A DNA stretch of 64,000 bases from the human T2T-CHM13v2.0 reference genome, Homo sapiens. The notes below the pieces were generated by a model, which was given only the letters and a program-made list of their open reading frames with translations, made no database searches and was not told the DNA's origin. Of this stretch, positions 28,976 through 43,809 are shown piece after piece. The stretch's first letter is position 1; each line of letters starts with the position of its first letter. The stretch lies in the NCBI RefSeq assembly GCF_009914755.1, contig NC_060925.1; one strand, 5' to 3'. The position numbers and the translations under genes are program-made.

Positions 28976-29487
28976 TGACGCAGGGCAGGCGAGCCTCAAA
29001 ACTGGTTTGTAGCCTGAGAAATTTCTCCCAGACTGTAGTTTCCTTGGCTTTGCCAAGGAAAGAATTCAAGGGCAAGCCGCTGGTGAAAGCAAGCAACTTT
29101 TATTGAACTGGTGCTGCTACTTGCAGAGCAGGGCTAACCCATAGGCAATGTGCCCAGAGTTGGTGCCTGTGGGCTGCTAGCTAGTTGTATTTAGACCCAC
29201 TTTTAATTACATGCCAATTAAGAGGTAGGTTATTCAGAACTTCCTGGAAAAGGGGCAGGGAGTTTCCAGAACCATATAAAGTAACTTCCAGGCCATTGCC
29301 AAGGTGTGTTGCCATGACATTTGTAAACTGGCCATGGTCCCAGTGGTAGTGTCTTTATGCTCATAAGCAGTGAGAGCAACTAGAGGTCACTTTCATCATC
29401 ATCTGCTGGTTTCAGCAGGCTTCTTCACTGCACCCTGTTTTGACCAGATCCTGCTCTGTTCAATGGTCCTTCTGGTCTCCTACCTCA
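28976..29487 (-). repeat. 3' LTR of the provirus
   Basis: TG...CA ends. Similar to 42261-42758. Confidence 0.85.
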
Positions 29488-30065
29488 TTTCCCCATCAGA
29501 GATTATATACTCCTCCTTAATCTTAAGGGGCTTGCAGAAGGGTGGAGGTTCATCTTCTGTAACTGCTTCCTGCTGATGTTATGGGCATAGACCCTGTCTA
29601 GCACTGGAGAAGTAAAATCTCTGGATACCTGTTCTAAAAGACCCAAAGGCAGGATGTCTTTATTTTCTGGGTCAGAAGAGGGGATGGATTGAAAGCCTTG
29701 TGCCAGCATCGTCTTTACATGGAATTATTGTAATCTAGAAGACACAAACTTTACAAGGAGGTTAAACAAGCAAGGACCAAAGATTAGTAATAACAAGATA
29801 TCTGTTAAAGGTCCTAGGAAGGGTAAAAATCAAGTGTCTGCTGGTAGAGATTCCTTTATTGAATTCAATCAGCAGGGCAAAGCGGTAAGAGAGAAAACAT
29901 TATAATTAGGAGTAAGAGAAAAACTTTCATGCTCATCCACAGCATCATGTTATTAATATTTATCTGTGCATTTGCAAAACAATAGCTTTAAGTCTTCTGG
30001 GAGTTTGCAAGTATAGGTCATGGCATCTTCCTCTGACATCTGTGAGGACTCATAAGAATCTTTGA

Positions 30066-30376
<311 letters not shown>

Positions 30377-30646
30377 TTAACTTTGGAGTTTAACAGCAGT
30401 GGGAGTGCTTAATAATGCCTGATAGGGGCCCTTTCTATTTTGGTTGTAATTGATTCTTGGGGGATCCTTCTTTCTAAGTTTTTAGTAAGACTAAGTCTCC
30501 TGGTTGAATGGGGGAGTTAATCCTTTTCCTTGTGGGAGGTTACGTTTCATTTCCATATGATTGAAGGGCCTTTTGAACCTGGCCTAAGTTGATAATCTAT
30601 GTGTCTCTTCATCAAACAGAAGGTCTAAAGTTAAAAAGGGCCTTCC

Positions 30647-33600
30647 GAGCTGCTCAGGCGACCCAGTGCTCGGTTGGCCCGGGCCGCGCTTAACTGTCCC
30701 AGGTCAGTTAAGCCCGTGGGAGCCCAGGTCATGGGGCAGCCAGGGCCTCTGCAGTGTGAGGCGCCGGGCTGCGGGTGGGTCGCGGTCGCGGCCCCCGCCG
30801 CAGGCCCTGGCGGCGGCATGGTGAACATAGACGTGGAGTTCCACATCCGGCACAACTACCCCTGGAACAAGTTGCCGGCCAACGTGAGGCAGTCATTAAG
30901 TGGAGATAGCTCATCATGGAGGTCTTCATCTTTGTCTTCACATCAAGTAGGCTGAGGAGGAGGAAATACAGGAAGTATTGGTCTTGCTGTTCAGAGTGGC
31001 AGAGGAGAAAGAAAATCCCAGCCGTCTTGGAAATTCACAGAGAGAATATGAAAATCAGGTTGTCCTGTACAGTATCTGCAATCAGTTACGATACAGAAAT
31101 AACTTAAACATGTCAAGAAAGATGAACGCGGATACTATGAGGAACTGCTAAACTACAGCCGAGATCATCTCATGCTGTACCCTTACCGTCTATTGGATAT
31201 TATGGTGAAGGGCTTGAGCATAACACCATTTTCATATTACACTGGGATTATGGAGAATATTATGAACAGTGGGCACAATTTTACTGCTGCTGACTGTCTA
31301 AGGCTTCTTGGCATAGGAAGAAACCAGTATATTGATCTTATGATTCAGTGTAGATCATCAAAAAAATTCTTCAGAAGGAAAACAGCCGGTGATCTTCTAC
31401 CAATAAAGCCAGTGGAAATTGCCATAGAGGCATGGTGGGTGGTGCAGGCTGGATATATCACAGAAGATGACATCAAGATATGCACTTGGCCTGAGAAATG
31501 TGCTACTGATAAGATCGTTGATTCAGGCCCTCAACTCTCTGGATCACTAGATTACAATGTAGTACATAGTTTGTATAAAAAAGGATTTATTTATCTGGAT
31601 GTACCAATGTCTGATGACAGTTATATAGCAGTTGCACCCCTTGAAGGTTTTGTAATGAATCGAGTGCTTATTTTGATTATTTTGAAACTCTACTCTATAA
31701 GATATTTGTTTCAGTAGATGAGCACACAAATGTGGCAGAGCTTGCAAATGTCCTTGAGATTGACTTATCCCTGGTTAAGAATGCTGTTTCAATGTATTGC
31801 TGATTGGGCTTTGCCCATAAGAAGGGACAAGTAATAAATTTGGATCAACTTCATTCATCATGGAAGAATGTTCCATCCATAAACAGATTAAAGAGTACCT
31901 TAGATCCATAGAAGATGCTCTTGTCATGGGGTGGAGGGGAAAGTAGGAGGCCTGTACAAGAAGCTTCATCGGCAACTGACACTGATACAAATAGTCAAGA
32001 AGATCCAGCTGACACAGCCAGTGTAAGAAGCCTGAGTCTGTCTGCAGGACACACGAAGCACATCGCATTCCTGTTTGACTCCACTCTTACTGCCTTCTTA
32101 ATGATGGGAAATCTTTCACCAGTTCAGAGCACTGGTGAAAGAGAAGCACAGAGATATTTTGATCATGCGCTTACTCTGAGAAACACAATACTGTTTCTGC
32201 ATCATAACAAAGATCTAGTTGTGCAAACTGCACAGCCAGACCAACCCAATTATGGTTTTCCTCTGGATCTCTTATGCTGTGAAAGCCTTCTTGGTCTGGA
32301 CCCTGCAACTGGCAGCAGAAAATTACACACTGCTTGTTTCCATGGCTCCCCTCACCAATGAAATCCGGCCTGTCAGCAGCTGCACCCCTCAGCATATTGG
32401 ACCAGCTATCCCAGAAGTCAGCTCTGTCTGGTTTAAACAGTACATTTATGTTTATCATATCACTGGACAAGGACCACCATCCCTTTTATTATCCAAAGGT
32501 ACAAGACCTCGAAAACTGCCAGATATATTTCAGAGTTACGATCGATTGCTAATAACATCTTGGGGTCACGATCCTGGAGTAGTTCCTACCTCAAATGTGC
32601 TCACGATGTTGAATGATGCTTTAACACATTCTGCAGTTTTAATTCAGGGGCATGGTCTGCATGGGATAGGAGAAACTGTCCATGTCCCATTTCCATTTGA
32701 TGAAACAGAACTACAAGGAGACTCGTGTCAATATGGGTGTTCATAAAGCATTGCAGATACTAAGGAACAGAGTGGACTTACAACATCTCTGCGGATATGT
32801 CACCATGTTGAATGCTTCCAGCCAACTTGCAAATAGAAAACTCAGTGATGCTTCTGATGAGAGAGGAAAACCTGATTTGGCTTCTGGCTCAGATGTTAAA
32901 TGGGAGTACAGAGTCATTTGAAATGGTCATTGAAGAAGCAACTATAGATTCAGCAACAAAGCAAACCTCTGGTGCCACAACAGAAGCAGATTGGGTTCCT
33001 CTCGAGCTGTGCTTTGGAATTCCGCTGTTCAGTTCCGAATTAAACCGGAAAGTTTATAGGAAAATTGCTACACATGGCCTTTGCAGAAAAGAGAGCCTTC
33101 AAAACCTCTTACATTCCAGTAGAAAACTCTCTCTGCAAGTCCTTAACTTTGTTCATTCATTCCAGGAAGGTGCTTCAACATTGGATATTCACACAGAGCC
33201 CAGTTTTTCAAGTTTGCTTTCACAGTCATCGTATGCTGACATGGGTGTTCCACTTCCTGCAAAAAATTTAATATTTAAAGATGGTGTCTTATCAGAACGG
33301 AGTGGATGGTCACCTTCCTCACTTATTGCTAATCTCCATTTGCAATAATTTGGTTACACCATTTGCTGCTCACACTTTCTGCCTTTTTTCTTTCTTAACG
33401 TTAGCTTTATAGTGTCAGCCACTAAAAAGCATCCTGCTGCTGCGGAGCAATTCTTGCTTTACTAATATTAAAAGTTTGGGGAACATATTCATGTTTTCTG
33501 AAGTTTTGCTCCTTATTGCACATCTTATTGCAACAAAGTGCTTTTTAGCATACAGCACTGTATTTTTTACCTTGAGACAATCTGCATTTCTTTTATAAAA

Positions 33601-36094
33601 CTAAGTATATACTTTATAGGCTTTATGATGACTGTTATGTTTAAAAGCAGTCACTGTGAAAATTGCAATGATAATTTTATATGTTAGTTTATCAAACATC
33701 AATCTTGTTTAACTTTATATTTTGTTACCTATACTTTGGGGGATCAAGGGAAGAGATGGAACTCTTCCTCTGAAAATGCTTCTTGGTACTTAAAGTAGTA
33801 AAACTATAAAACAGTAAACATCCAGTATTGGGAGATGATATGATAGGGCATTATGAATTCCTATGGGTATCTAAATTATGTATGTCAGTTGGACATTGTA
33901 GAAGGTATGTAAATCATCATGGTTATGTATAACTTAACCTTGATTTATAAGGTCTTAATTCAGATTATGACTATTCGTTGACATCTCATGAGAAGCTTTA
34001 GAAAACTTTCTATTTTTAAACACCATTTATATGTGGACTTCTGTTGTCACTGACTTTGGGCTTTATATTTTCACAGAGTCTTTATGGAAAAAGTAGAATT
34101 TATTTTCCACTCTTGTAGCTATAGCTGCTGCACATTTTCATCCTGATTTATTTTTTTGTTTCTTACCTTTGATGTTTTCAAACCAAGGATTGTGATTTTA
34201 GGTTAGAATTACATATTAGAAGCATTAAGACTATGTCTTTGGATCAGAATGCTTTAGTGATTAACCTACTTTGAAGACATACTCTTAAGCAATCTGGATC
34301 TTAAATTTATGTGAATACATTTTTAGAAAATGATAAAGAAAAATGGAATTACTTCAAAGTGTTTCTTGAGTCATTGATTCTTTTAGCATCTCAAATGTTA
34401 ATTAGAATAATTGGAATCACTTTTTAGACTTTTCAAGTTACCTTCCTTGGGAAGTTTGTGTAGTGTTACAGTTTAGTTTAGCTCCTCTTATAGGGCAATG
34501 GTTTGCTAGTTTAAAACTGTAACCAAATGAACTGGTCAGACAACTCATATCTAAAACACTTAAAATGTTAGAACGTTTGGGAATGTTATAACCTAAGCGT
34601 TTTTGCTGATAACTTTTTGTTATTTATAGACATTTGTGTATTTAACATACTTACTTCTGGAAATATATGCCTTTCCTAAAACTTAACCACACATCCACTA
34701 CCATGGCCTATGTATAGAATTGAATATTTTGGACCATGTTATCTGTGGCACAGTCAGTGCTGTGTTTGAGGTAAATGCAGTAACGGTTAGTTTTCTACTT
34801 TGCCTTATAAAAGGTAGAAACCATGTGTATGTTATGTTTGTCTATAAAAGAAAAATACTAATATTAAATTATTTCTTATGACTGTGAGTCACTCACTTAT
34901 TTTTCCAATAATTGATATTGTACATTCCTAGTGCCATTAGGTATGTGTGTATGTAACTTTTACAGTTTTTCAGCTGAAAGTTGTATTTTTTTTTAATCAG
35001 GGCTCTTTAATCTCATTTTAATTTCCTTTGTTTGAATGAACTGTAGTTATTTTCTGTATTCCTATATTAACCATCTAAACCAACTGTAATGACACGTACA
35101 CTAATAAAGAATTGAACATTTGTATTTGTTGGCAGTGAGCCCAGTTGTTGGTGAATTTAAAGCTTAAAATATGGGAGTGATTTGCTGCTATATTTCTTTT
35201 GAGAGATAAAGGAGGAAGAAATGGAACCTAATGGTAATCATGAATTTTAGGGAAAGTACTGAAAAACCATGGGGTCCCCTCTGGTTTCTTGTGTTGAATG
35301 AGGCAAGAGTAATCATCTGATTCTGAGCTAAAGACCTCTCATACTCTCAAGGAGGGAGAGTGCATTTTTAGAGCTTTTAGCAAAAATGTGAAAAGTTCAT
35401 GTTTGCACTTTGCTTTGTGAATTTGGCTTCCTTTTACTTATACATTAACTCATGTAATGTCTTAAATCTTACAAGTATTGATCCATTTCAACAAAAAGGT
35501 AAATTTAAAGTGCAGACTTTGTTACTTGCCAAAGAAGATTCATGAAAAATTTATATCCAATTATTTTCCAAATAGTTAATTTAATTTGGCTTTTTACCAC
35601 ATTCCTTCCTTTCTTTCCCGACTTCTTTAATGTAATTTAAATCCTGGAAAACATTCTTTAGAAACCAAGAGGAAAAGAAGAACACATACCAAAAAAGACA
35701 TATAACTTAAAATGGTACATTTCACATCTAAAATGGGTTTGAAGAAACGCAACTTTATATCATTAAAAAATAAGATCATCTGATTTCCTTTATTTCTTTT
35801 TTAAATTATGTAATCAGATGATTTTATATTTTTTTGGGGGGGCAGAATATTGGTTTCTTTTACTTGATGTTTTCAGTTTTCTCTGGCATTCAAGTTTCTT
35901 TTTTGTGTTCAGTGTTTCAAATACAATTTGTATTTAAGGATTTTAAAATACCAAACTGTAAATGAGTACAGTGGATCTTTTTCTGTTAGGATGTTAATAT
36001 TATACAATGAAATCTATAAAGTGTTGTCAATTTGATCATTGACACATATGACACGTTTACAATTAAACTGTGGTGTTGATCAAGTTAAAAAAAA
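30647..36094 (+). pseudogene. FAM91A2P: FAM91A1 processed pseudogene (full length, CDS remnant 30818-33348)
   Basis: Intronless NIDVEFHIRHNYPWNKLPANVRQ ... PAKNLIFKDGVLSE...ANLHLQ, with frameshifts and stops. Long 3'UTR, attaaa at 36062 and an A-tail. TT/AAAA site with TSD core ggccttcc (30639-30646, 36101-36108). The paralog name is inferred from context. Confidence 0.92.
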
Positions 36095-37149
36095 GACGGA
36101 GGCCTTCCATAAGTCATTTCAAATGGACTAAGCTTTAAAGTTCTCTTTGGAGCCATCCTCATATGCAAAAGGGCTATGAGTAGGAGGAAAACTCAGGCCT
36201 CTGAGGTCTCCTGAAAGAGTTTTGCTAATGTCACAACTGGCTTTCTATGTTATCTGAAGATTGAGATCTCCATGAAGAGTGAAGATAGGTAATGCTTAAG
36301 GCTGAGGCATTACCTCACTGGGTCACCTTAGCTGGGAAGGGAGGTCAGTTATCCCCTTGCAAACATTTTGGTAATCCAAATCTTGGGATGATTTCTTTAA
36401 GTAAGAATTTAGACACTTCCAATACTTTTCTTGTCCTTGTGGGGAAAGCTTCTATCCACCTGGTGAAAGTGTTTATAAATACTTGCAAATATTGTAGTCC
36501 CCTGTAAGGTGGCATCTGGGTTAAATCTGTCTGCCAGTCTTCACTATGGTATGTTCCGTGGTGTTGTACAAGTTTAAGCAGGGAGCGGGGTATGGGGTGG
36601 CTTCCTGATTGGTAAATCTTTTTATAGTTTAGAACAGTCCCTTCCCCAAGAATATTTAGGAAACTAATTTGAATGGAAAATCCTGTCCCAAATGTGAGGA
36701 ATCATGAAAATGTTAAATTACTTCCCATTTGTCAGCCTCAGGAATAGAGTTTGTTCTTTTCTAGCAAGCATCTAGAGGGGTCTTACTGGAAGCCTTTTAC
36801 TCAGTCCCTTTAATTTCCTTGGGTGTATACTATGGTTCCACTGACATGGATGACCTGGTAGTAGCGCAGCAGCCTGAAATACCAGGGTTTCCTTAGCTGT
36901 GGCCTTAGCTGCTCTTTCCAAAAGGGAATTTCCTCTAATAAGAACAGTGTCTTCCTTCTGGTGTCCCCTGCAGTGAATACTTGTTATTTCTTTGGGAATT
37001 GGACGGCATCTAAAAGTTCCAAGATCTGAGTAAAGTTGTATGGGGGATCCCTTGGCTCTTGATAGTCCCCTTTCCTTCCCTATGGTTGCATGAGCCTGAA
37101 GCACCCGGAAACCATACTTAGAGTCAGTAAACACATTGACTCTTGAGGG

Positions 37150-37450
37150 TTTTTTTTTTCTTTTTTGAAACGGAGTCTTCCTCTGTCGCCCAGGCTGGAG
37201 TGCAGTGGCATGATCTTGGCTCACTGCAAACTCTGCCTCTCAGTTTCAAGTGATTCTCGTGCCCCACCCTCCCGTGTAGCTGGGATTACAGGTGCCCACC
37301 ACCATACCCGGATAATTTTTGTATTTTTAGTAGAGACAGGGTTTCGCCATGTTGGCCAGGCTGGTCTCGAACTCCCAACATCAGATGATCCACCCACCTC
37401 GGCCTGCCAAAGTGCTGGGATTACAGTCGTGAGCCATCCAACCCAGGCTT
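37150..37450 (-). mobile_element. Alu inserted in ERV pol
   Basis: Alu consensus. Confidence 0.9.
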
Positions 37451-38991
37451 AAGTCTTTTCACAGTTGGAAGGTCCTGATTAGAGCAGCTAATTCTGCTTT
37501 TTGAGCAGAATTCTGAGAAGGTAAACCCTTGGCCTCAATGACTTCTTGTTAGCTAACCTTCCTTTCTTACTCCCTCATGAATAAAGCTATTTCCATCTCT
37601 AAACCACTCAACACTGGGGTTAGACAAGGGCTTGTCTTCAAGGTTGGACCTTCTAGAGTAGATCTCTTCCATGGTTTCCACCCAGGAGTCAATGAGTTGG
37701 GGATCTGTTTCTTGGGATGTGAGGTCCAGCAACAGAGTAGCAGGGTTTAAAAATCAGCATACTTTAAGGGTAACATCTGGGGTGTCAAGCAGAAGAGCCT
37801 GATATTTAAGTAACTGGCCCCCTATTAGCCATTGGTATACTTTTGCCTCTAGGACCTTCTGTACTGTACTTCATGGGGTGGTGGGGGGCGGGGGTGGTAT
37901 GGCATCTACTTGTTGTCCCAAGGTAAACTTACTGGCTTCTTCTACCAATAGAGTGATGGTAGCCACAGATCTCAAGCTTCCTGGTCACTCAGCTGCCACC
38001 TGGTCTAGCTGTTTAGAGAAATAAGCCACTGGTCTGAGGCAATTCCTGACCCTTCGAGTTAGAACATCCAAAGCTGTCCCTTGTTATTCATCCACATAGA
38101 GGATGAAAGGTTTTTCTAAGTTTGAGAGTCTTGAAGCAGGGGCTGTCCCTGGGTTTTCTTTTAAGGCTAAGAATGCCTTTTGACAGGCTCCATTGCAATT
38201 CAAAGGCTTATGACCACTCACTTTTGGAGGTTCGTAGAGTGGTTTTGCTATGAGCCCAAACCTGGGAATCCAAACCCAGCAGAATCCAGCTATTCTCAAA
38301 AAGGAATTTGAGGGACCTGGAGTGCCAGGATGGTCTCTTTTCATCCCTGGGTCAAGATCCTGGTCCCAGGAGTGAGAATGTGTCCCAAATACGTGACCCT
38401 TTGGACAGAAATTTGGGCCTTTCGGGGGGATACCTGATACCCTTGTTTTGTTTCAAAATTAAGGACTTGAAGTTGTATGTTTCTCAGAGTCTTCCCCTAG
38501 TAGGGCTGGAAATTAATAGGTGATACACATATGGTAAGAGGGATCCATTAATTAACTGTAGTTCCCATACCTCTTTTGCCAATGCATTGCCAAACAGATG
38601 GGGATTGTCCTAAAACCTTGGGGACAGGACAGTCCAGGTAAGCTGAGATGCAGCATGAGTGTCTGGATTAGTCCATTCAAATGCAAAAATGTATTGGGTG
38701 TCCAGGTGTAAAGGTGTGTGAAAGAAAACATCTTTTAAATTTAATACTATGAACCAATAAGCATCTTCAGGGACTTGAGTTATTATTGTATAAAGATTAG
38801 GAACTATTGGGTGACTGGAACTAATGCCTCATTAACTGCCCTAAGATCCTGAACAAATCTATATTCCCCGTTTGGCTTATTAACAGGAAAAATGGGGGTG
38901 TTACGTTGGGACTGATAGGATTGTAATAATCCATACTTCATTATCAGGGGATGGATGCCCCTTGGAGCCAAAGGTCTAAAAGGATACTGGA

Positions 38992-39288
38992 TTTTTCTTT
39001 TTTTTTTTTTTTTTGAGTCAGAGTCTTGCTCTGTTATCCAGGCTGGAGTGCGGCGGTGCAAGGCTCACTGCTACCTCTGCCTTCCGGGTTCAAGCAATTC
39101 TCCTGCCACAGCCTTCTGAGTAGTTGGGATTGCAGATGTACACCACCATACCTAGCTAATTTTTGTGTTTTTAGTAGAGATGGGGTTTTGCCTTGTTGGC
39201 CAGGCTGGTCTCAAACTCCTAGCTTCCAGTGATATGCCCACCTTGGCCTCCGAAAGTGCAGAGATTAAAAGCATGGGCCACCACACTT
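38992..39288 (-). mobile_element. Alu inserted in ERV pol
   Basis: Alu consensus. TSD-like taaaaggata. Confidence 0.9.
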
Positions 39289-40557
39289 AAAAGGATATTT
39301 TTTTTCCCATAGATAATTAACACTGGGTTTCAAAATAACCTGGACTGGGAGAACATTTGCAGTTCTTCCAGGAACTACCATGTCACAAGCAGACGGGTCT
39401 ACTTGAGAAGTAATATTTGATGGAAGGAACGTCTTTTCTTTATCTGTGTTAAGACATGAACTTAGAGCTAGGAGAAGTGTCCCTTCCCAGCCTGTGGCCT
39501 TCTCTTGAGGTGCTCCAAATTGAACTGCAGCCTGTTATTGGGAAAGTAAGTCTCTTCCCAGTAAAGGAATAAGGCACTCAAGACTAAGCAAAAATCTGTG
39601 GAAAAACATGGTTCCCCACAGTGCAACTAAAGGAATGGGTGAATCTCCTAGCTTTTAGCTGGTCATCAATCCTCATTACAGTACAGGAGTGGGAAGACAG
39701 TGGCCCCAAGGACTAGATCAGAACTGAGAAGGCGGCTCGCATATCCAATAACTCAATATTTTTACCCGCCATGTCAAGAATTACCTGAGGCTCTTCTGTA
39801 GAGATGGCAAGGTGTCTGGTGGAAGCTGTAGGGAATCTTGGGCCCTGTCAGTCCTCTGTTCTCTTAGCCATTAGGGGTCCGAGAAGCTCAGACTCCGTTT
39901 GGAGACTGAGGCAGTCTTTCCTCCAGTGGCCCTCTTGCTTACAGAAGGCACACTGATTCCAGCCTAGGGGATGATGAGCTGGCTTTTGTCTGGGCATCCC
40001 AAAGCCACTCTTGCAACACTTTCTCAGGATGGGCAGCTCAAAAGCAGTAGGAGGCTGAAAGCAGCTGCAAACAATTGCATTTTTTGGCTATTTCTTTTGG
40101 TTTTATCCTTTTCCTCTGCCTTGTCCCTATTGTTGTAAACTCCAAAGGCCATGTTTAAGAGTTGGCTCATGGAGTTTGGGGTCCCATTCCTGCCTTTTGT
40201 AACTTCCTCCTAATGTCAAGGATAGATTGAGTAATACAACGCATGCCCAGAAGAGCCCGCCCTTCCGGGTTGTCTGGGTCTACATTAGTATATTTCCTGA
40301 GTGCCCCAACCAAGCAGCCCTAAAACAGAATGGGATTTTCATCCTTCCACTGAGTTACTTCTCTATCCTTGTCACAATTAACTGGCTTAATCACACACCT
40401 TTTCATACTTTCTATTAAACAAGTTAGCATGTGATTTCTATGTTCAAGTTCTTGGGAACCCTTCTGGTAATCCCACTGAGGGTCTCTATGTGGAACTGCA
40501 TCTCCCCCTACATAAATGGTATGGCCTTGGATATGAGCAGCTACTCTAACTGCATAT

Positions 40558-41433
40558 TCACAGGCCAGTACCCAGAATCCCTCTCTTCTCCTTAATACAG
40601 GAAGAGGACAATAATATTTGCAAGTTGTGCCAAGTTAAATCAAAGGACATCATCAACCTGACAAACTCCTCTATAAACTTCCCTGGATCCTTCAAAAACC
40701 AGCCATACTTCTCCTTGAAGAAAGCCAATTTGGACAAAGGAAATGGCACATATACTCTGATTGTTCCCCTATCTCTGCCAGCTAACTCCAGCAATGGACA
40801 CAGATTCAATTTGAGGGGCTGATAGAGAGCTCCACTCCTGGTGGTTCTGGTTGGGCTTACTTCCTTGGGCAGTGGGGGATACAGGCTGGAGCTAGCTAAA
40901 TAAAAGGGAGGGTTTTCTGATGACATTGGGGTGAAATCCCACACTGGAGAACTGGCAGGACCCCTCGCAGAACTGGGGGACTGAGAAGACCCTGGAGAGG
41001 GCATGGGCCCTCCAGGGGGTGCCGCTAGGAAGGGAGCATCGAGGATATCCCACGCGGTTTCTTGGTGCCTGGAAGTAACATGAGCCAGACACATCCTGCA
41101 GTTGACTCTTAAGTCAGAATCCTGGTAGGGGGCCATAGAAGCCTGTACGTAAGGAACTTCTCCCCATTTTCCTTCCTTTTTACTGAATAAGTCCAATTGT
41201 AAAATAGTATGATAATGTAAAGAACAAGTTTCAGGCCAAATTTCTTGTTCTCCCAAGAAAATTGTTTCTTTTTCTTTGAGCCATCTCATTTGAATTTGCT
41301 CCAATTGCCTTAAAGACACCCTAGTGGGGAGTCCTTTGGGATGCTCGCCTTTGTCCCCATGTCTAACAAGGATCTCTACTACACCCAGAAGTTTTTCTAA
41401 GTCTAGCAAAAGCTCAGTTACTTTCCCTTTCAA
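40558..41433 (-). pseudogene. ERV gag remnant
   Basis: WPETCSLHYHTILQLDLF...WGEVPYVQA and DPGKFIEEF...FDLTW motifs of gammaretroviral gag. Confidence 0.8.
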
Positions 41434-42260
41434 ATTCCCACCTCCTGCAGAGAAGATGTAAGTACAGTTAGCAAAGTGTTATGAAAGTAGATTATGAAAT
41501 ATGAATGCGAAGTAAAATGATGGGTCTGAATTCCACAGAGTGAAGAAAGCATTTTAGTTTGGGCAAAGAGGGGTTAAAAGAAACAAGGTGATCATGGAAG
41601 GGAGGAAGGGAAAGCATGAACAGCGTTGTCCAGACTGAGGTGCCAGAAAATCTACCCAGCAGCCACGGAGACTGAGGAAAAATATTTGGGCAAAATGTTT
41701 GGGTGGCTGCTGCTTGTCTGCCACTATGGGTAGTTGTCACTTGGGCCAGGGGTCCAGGAACCCCTGGTCCCTGTGACCAAGAGTTCAATATGGGCTTGAG
41801 CAAAGTCACGTAGGAGGGGGCCCACAACTGGCTGTTATGGAAAATTGTAATCTTTTAATTTAAGGGCGGAGAAGATGACATCCACACTCCTCCAGGGAAG
41901 GAGCTCTAATCCACAATCCTATAGGGAATGTCAATGCTGAAAACCCCAGAGCATCCAGGGAGAGGCCAACAGTGACAGTGGAACTCTCACCACAACGAAA
42001 TGCCAAAAACCCAGAGTACCCAAGTATCAGCCAGTGATGGTCCCCACACTGAATGCTGAAACTGCAGGGGAGGCAATGGTGAACCCCAAAGGCCAAGTTA
42101 GGGGCCACTGAACAATGTGACTTTGGCATCTCAGGGTCAGCACAGTAAGGGACTTTTCACTACCAAGTGTCCTGCCTTAAACAGTTCTTGACTCTGTCCT
42201 GTCCTGTCCTGTGTTATATCATGTCCTGTCCCATCTTGTTTTGTCTTTGTGGTCACCAGA

Positions 42261-42758
42261 TGATGCAAGGAAGGACAACCCCAAAATTGGGGCTTAGCCC
42301 AGGAGAGTTCTTGGCTTTGCCCAGGTAAGAATTCAAGGGCAACCCAGCGGTGAAAGAAAGCAACTTTTGTTAAACTGGTACTGCTTCTCGTGGAGGAAGG
42401 TTAACCCATGGGCAGTGTGTGGGTTGCTAGCTAGCTGTATTTATTTAGATGCTTTTAATTAGATGCTAATTAGGAAGTGGGTTATTCAGAACTTTTTGGA
42501 AAAGGGATGAGGAGTTTCCAGAAGCATATAAGGTAACTTCCTGGCCATTGCCATGGCAAGTTGACATGGCATTTATAAACTGTCATGGCACTGGTAGGAG
42601 TGTCTTTATGCTAATGAGCAGTGAGGGCAACTAGAGGTAGCTTTTGTCTCCATCTGCTGGTTTTGGTCAGCTTCTTTACTGCACCCTGTTTGGACCAGAT
42701 CCTGCTCTGATCAACTGGGCCACAACCGCAAAATAAGTCCTGCCACTTTCCTGCCTCA
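42261..42758 (-). repeat. 5' LTR of the provirus
   Basis: TG...CA ends. PBS immediately internal. Confidence 0.85.
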
Positions 42759-43809
42759 GTAGAATCTCTGCCAAAGAATGATCTTGAAAGTTTGCTGTTT
42801 ACTCATCATCTGGAAAAATCTTCCTGTATAGGCCAAATTCCCACCCTTGAGATTTCTGAAGGACCAACAAGTAAAAACAGTATACTCCAATGGGACTGTT
42901 AGATTTCAACTAACTTACTCTCCTTTGGATTTCTTTTTCTGAAAATAAATTCTTCACACACACTGACTTGTCTTTTGCAATCCAATGTAAAAGTGGGACA
43001 TCTTCTTCAGAAGCTTTGAAACATACAAATTAGCCTCAAACTTACCTACCAGACTTCCAGGCTAGAAGGCTGATTCATGTAAGAAGGACTAAGAAGACAC
43101 TTCACCCATATCCTGGGTAACAGGAGGGGATCCTTTAGATAGGTTTGTACACCAGGCTGGCAACCTACACTTTCTTCTAGCAGTGAGAGGTACTGAGATC
43201 CGTCACCCCCTCCGGCAAGGCCAAGACCCAGAGAGAGCCAAATTTTAGCCTAGAATTCAGCCAGCTCTTCACAGTCTCCCATGTTTTACATTTTCCTCCA
43301 CAATCATTTACTTTGAAAGACTTCAAACCTATAGAAAAATTGAAAAAAAAAGAACTCCTCTACACCATTCACCCAAGTTCAACAGTTAACATTCCTTTAC
43401 CTTTTTTCTCTGTCTACACACACCTACACACACATTCATATTTCATAGTAAATGCAGACCAAAAAAACTCCACTTCATCCCTAAATAGTTCAGCATGTAT
43501 TTCATGAGATTAAGGACATTATCCTATATAATTATAATACAATTCAATTATCAAACCTAAGGATATTAACATTTATTCAATAACATTATCTAATATATAG
43601 TCCAGATAAAAATTTTCTGTTTAGAAAATGTCACATCTATACACATATATGTGCATGTATATAGATATTTATGCATACATAGTGTGTGCATGTGTGTATG
43701 TATGTGTATATATAACACACATGCACATTACATATGCATAAATGTTTTAATTTAATAATATTTATATGCATCAATATCTTAAAGATATATACATATCATT
43801 AGCTGGAAG

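Noticed and set aside
31172-33348. 148-181 aa ORFs with FAM91A1 identity as a functional gene
   Set aside because: They are fragments of an intronless copy with frameshifts, stops, an A-tail and a TSD.
43620-43800. AT-rich quasi-palindromic (TA/CA/TG) tract
   Set aside because: Ordinary low-complexity microsatellite decay.
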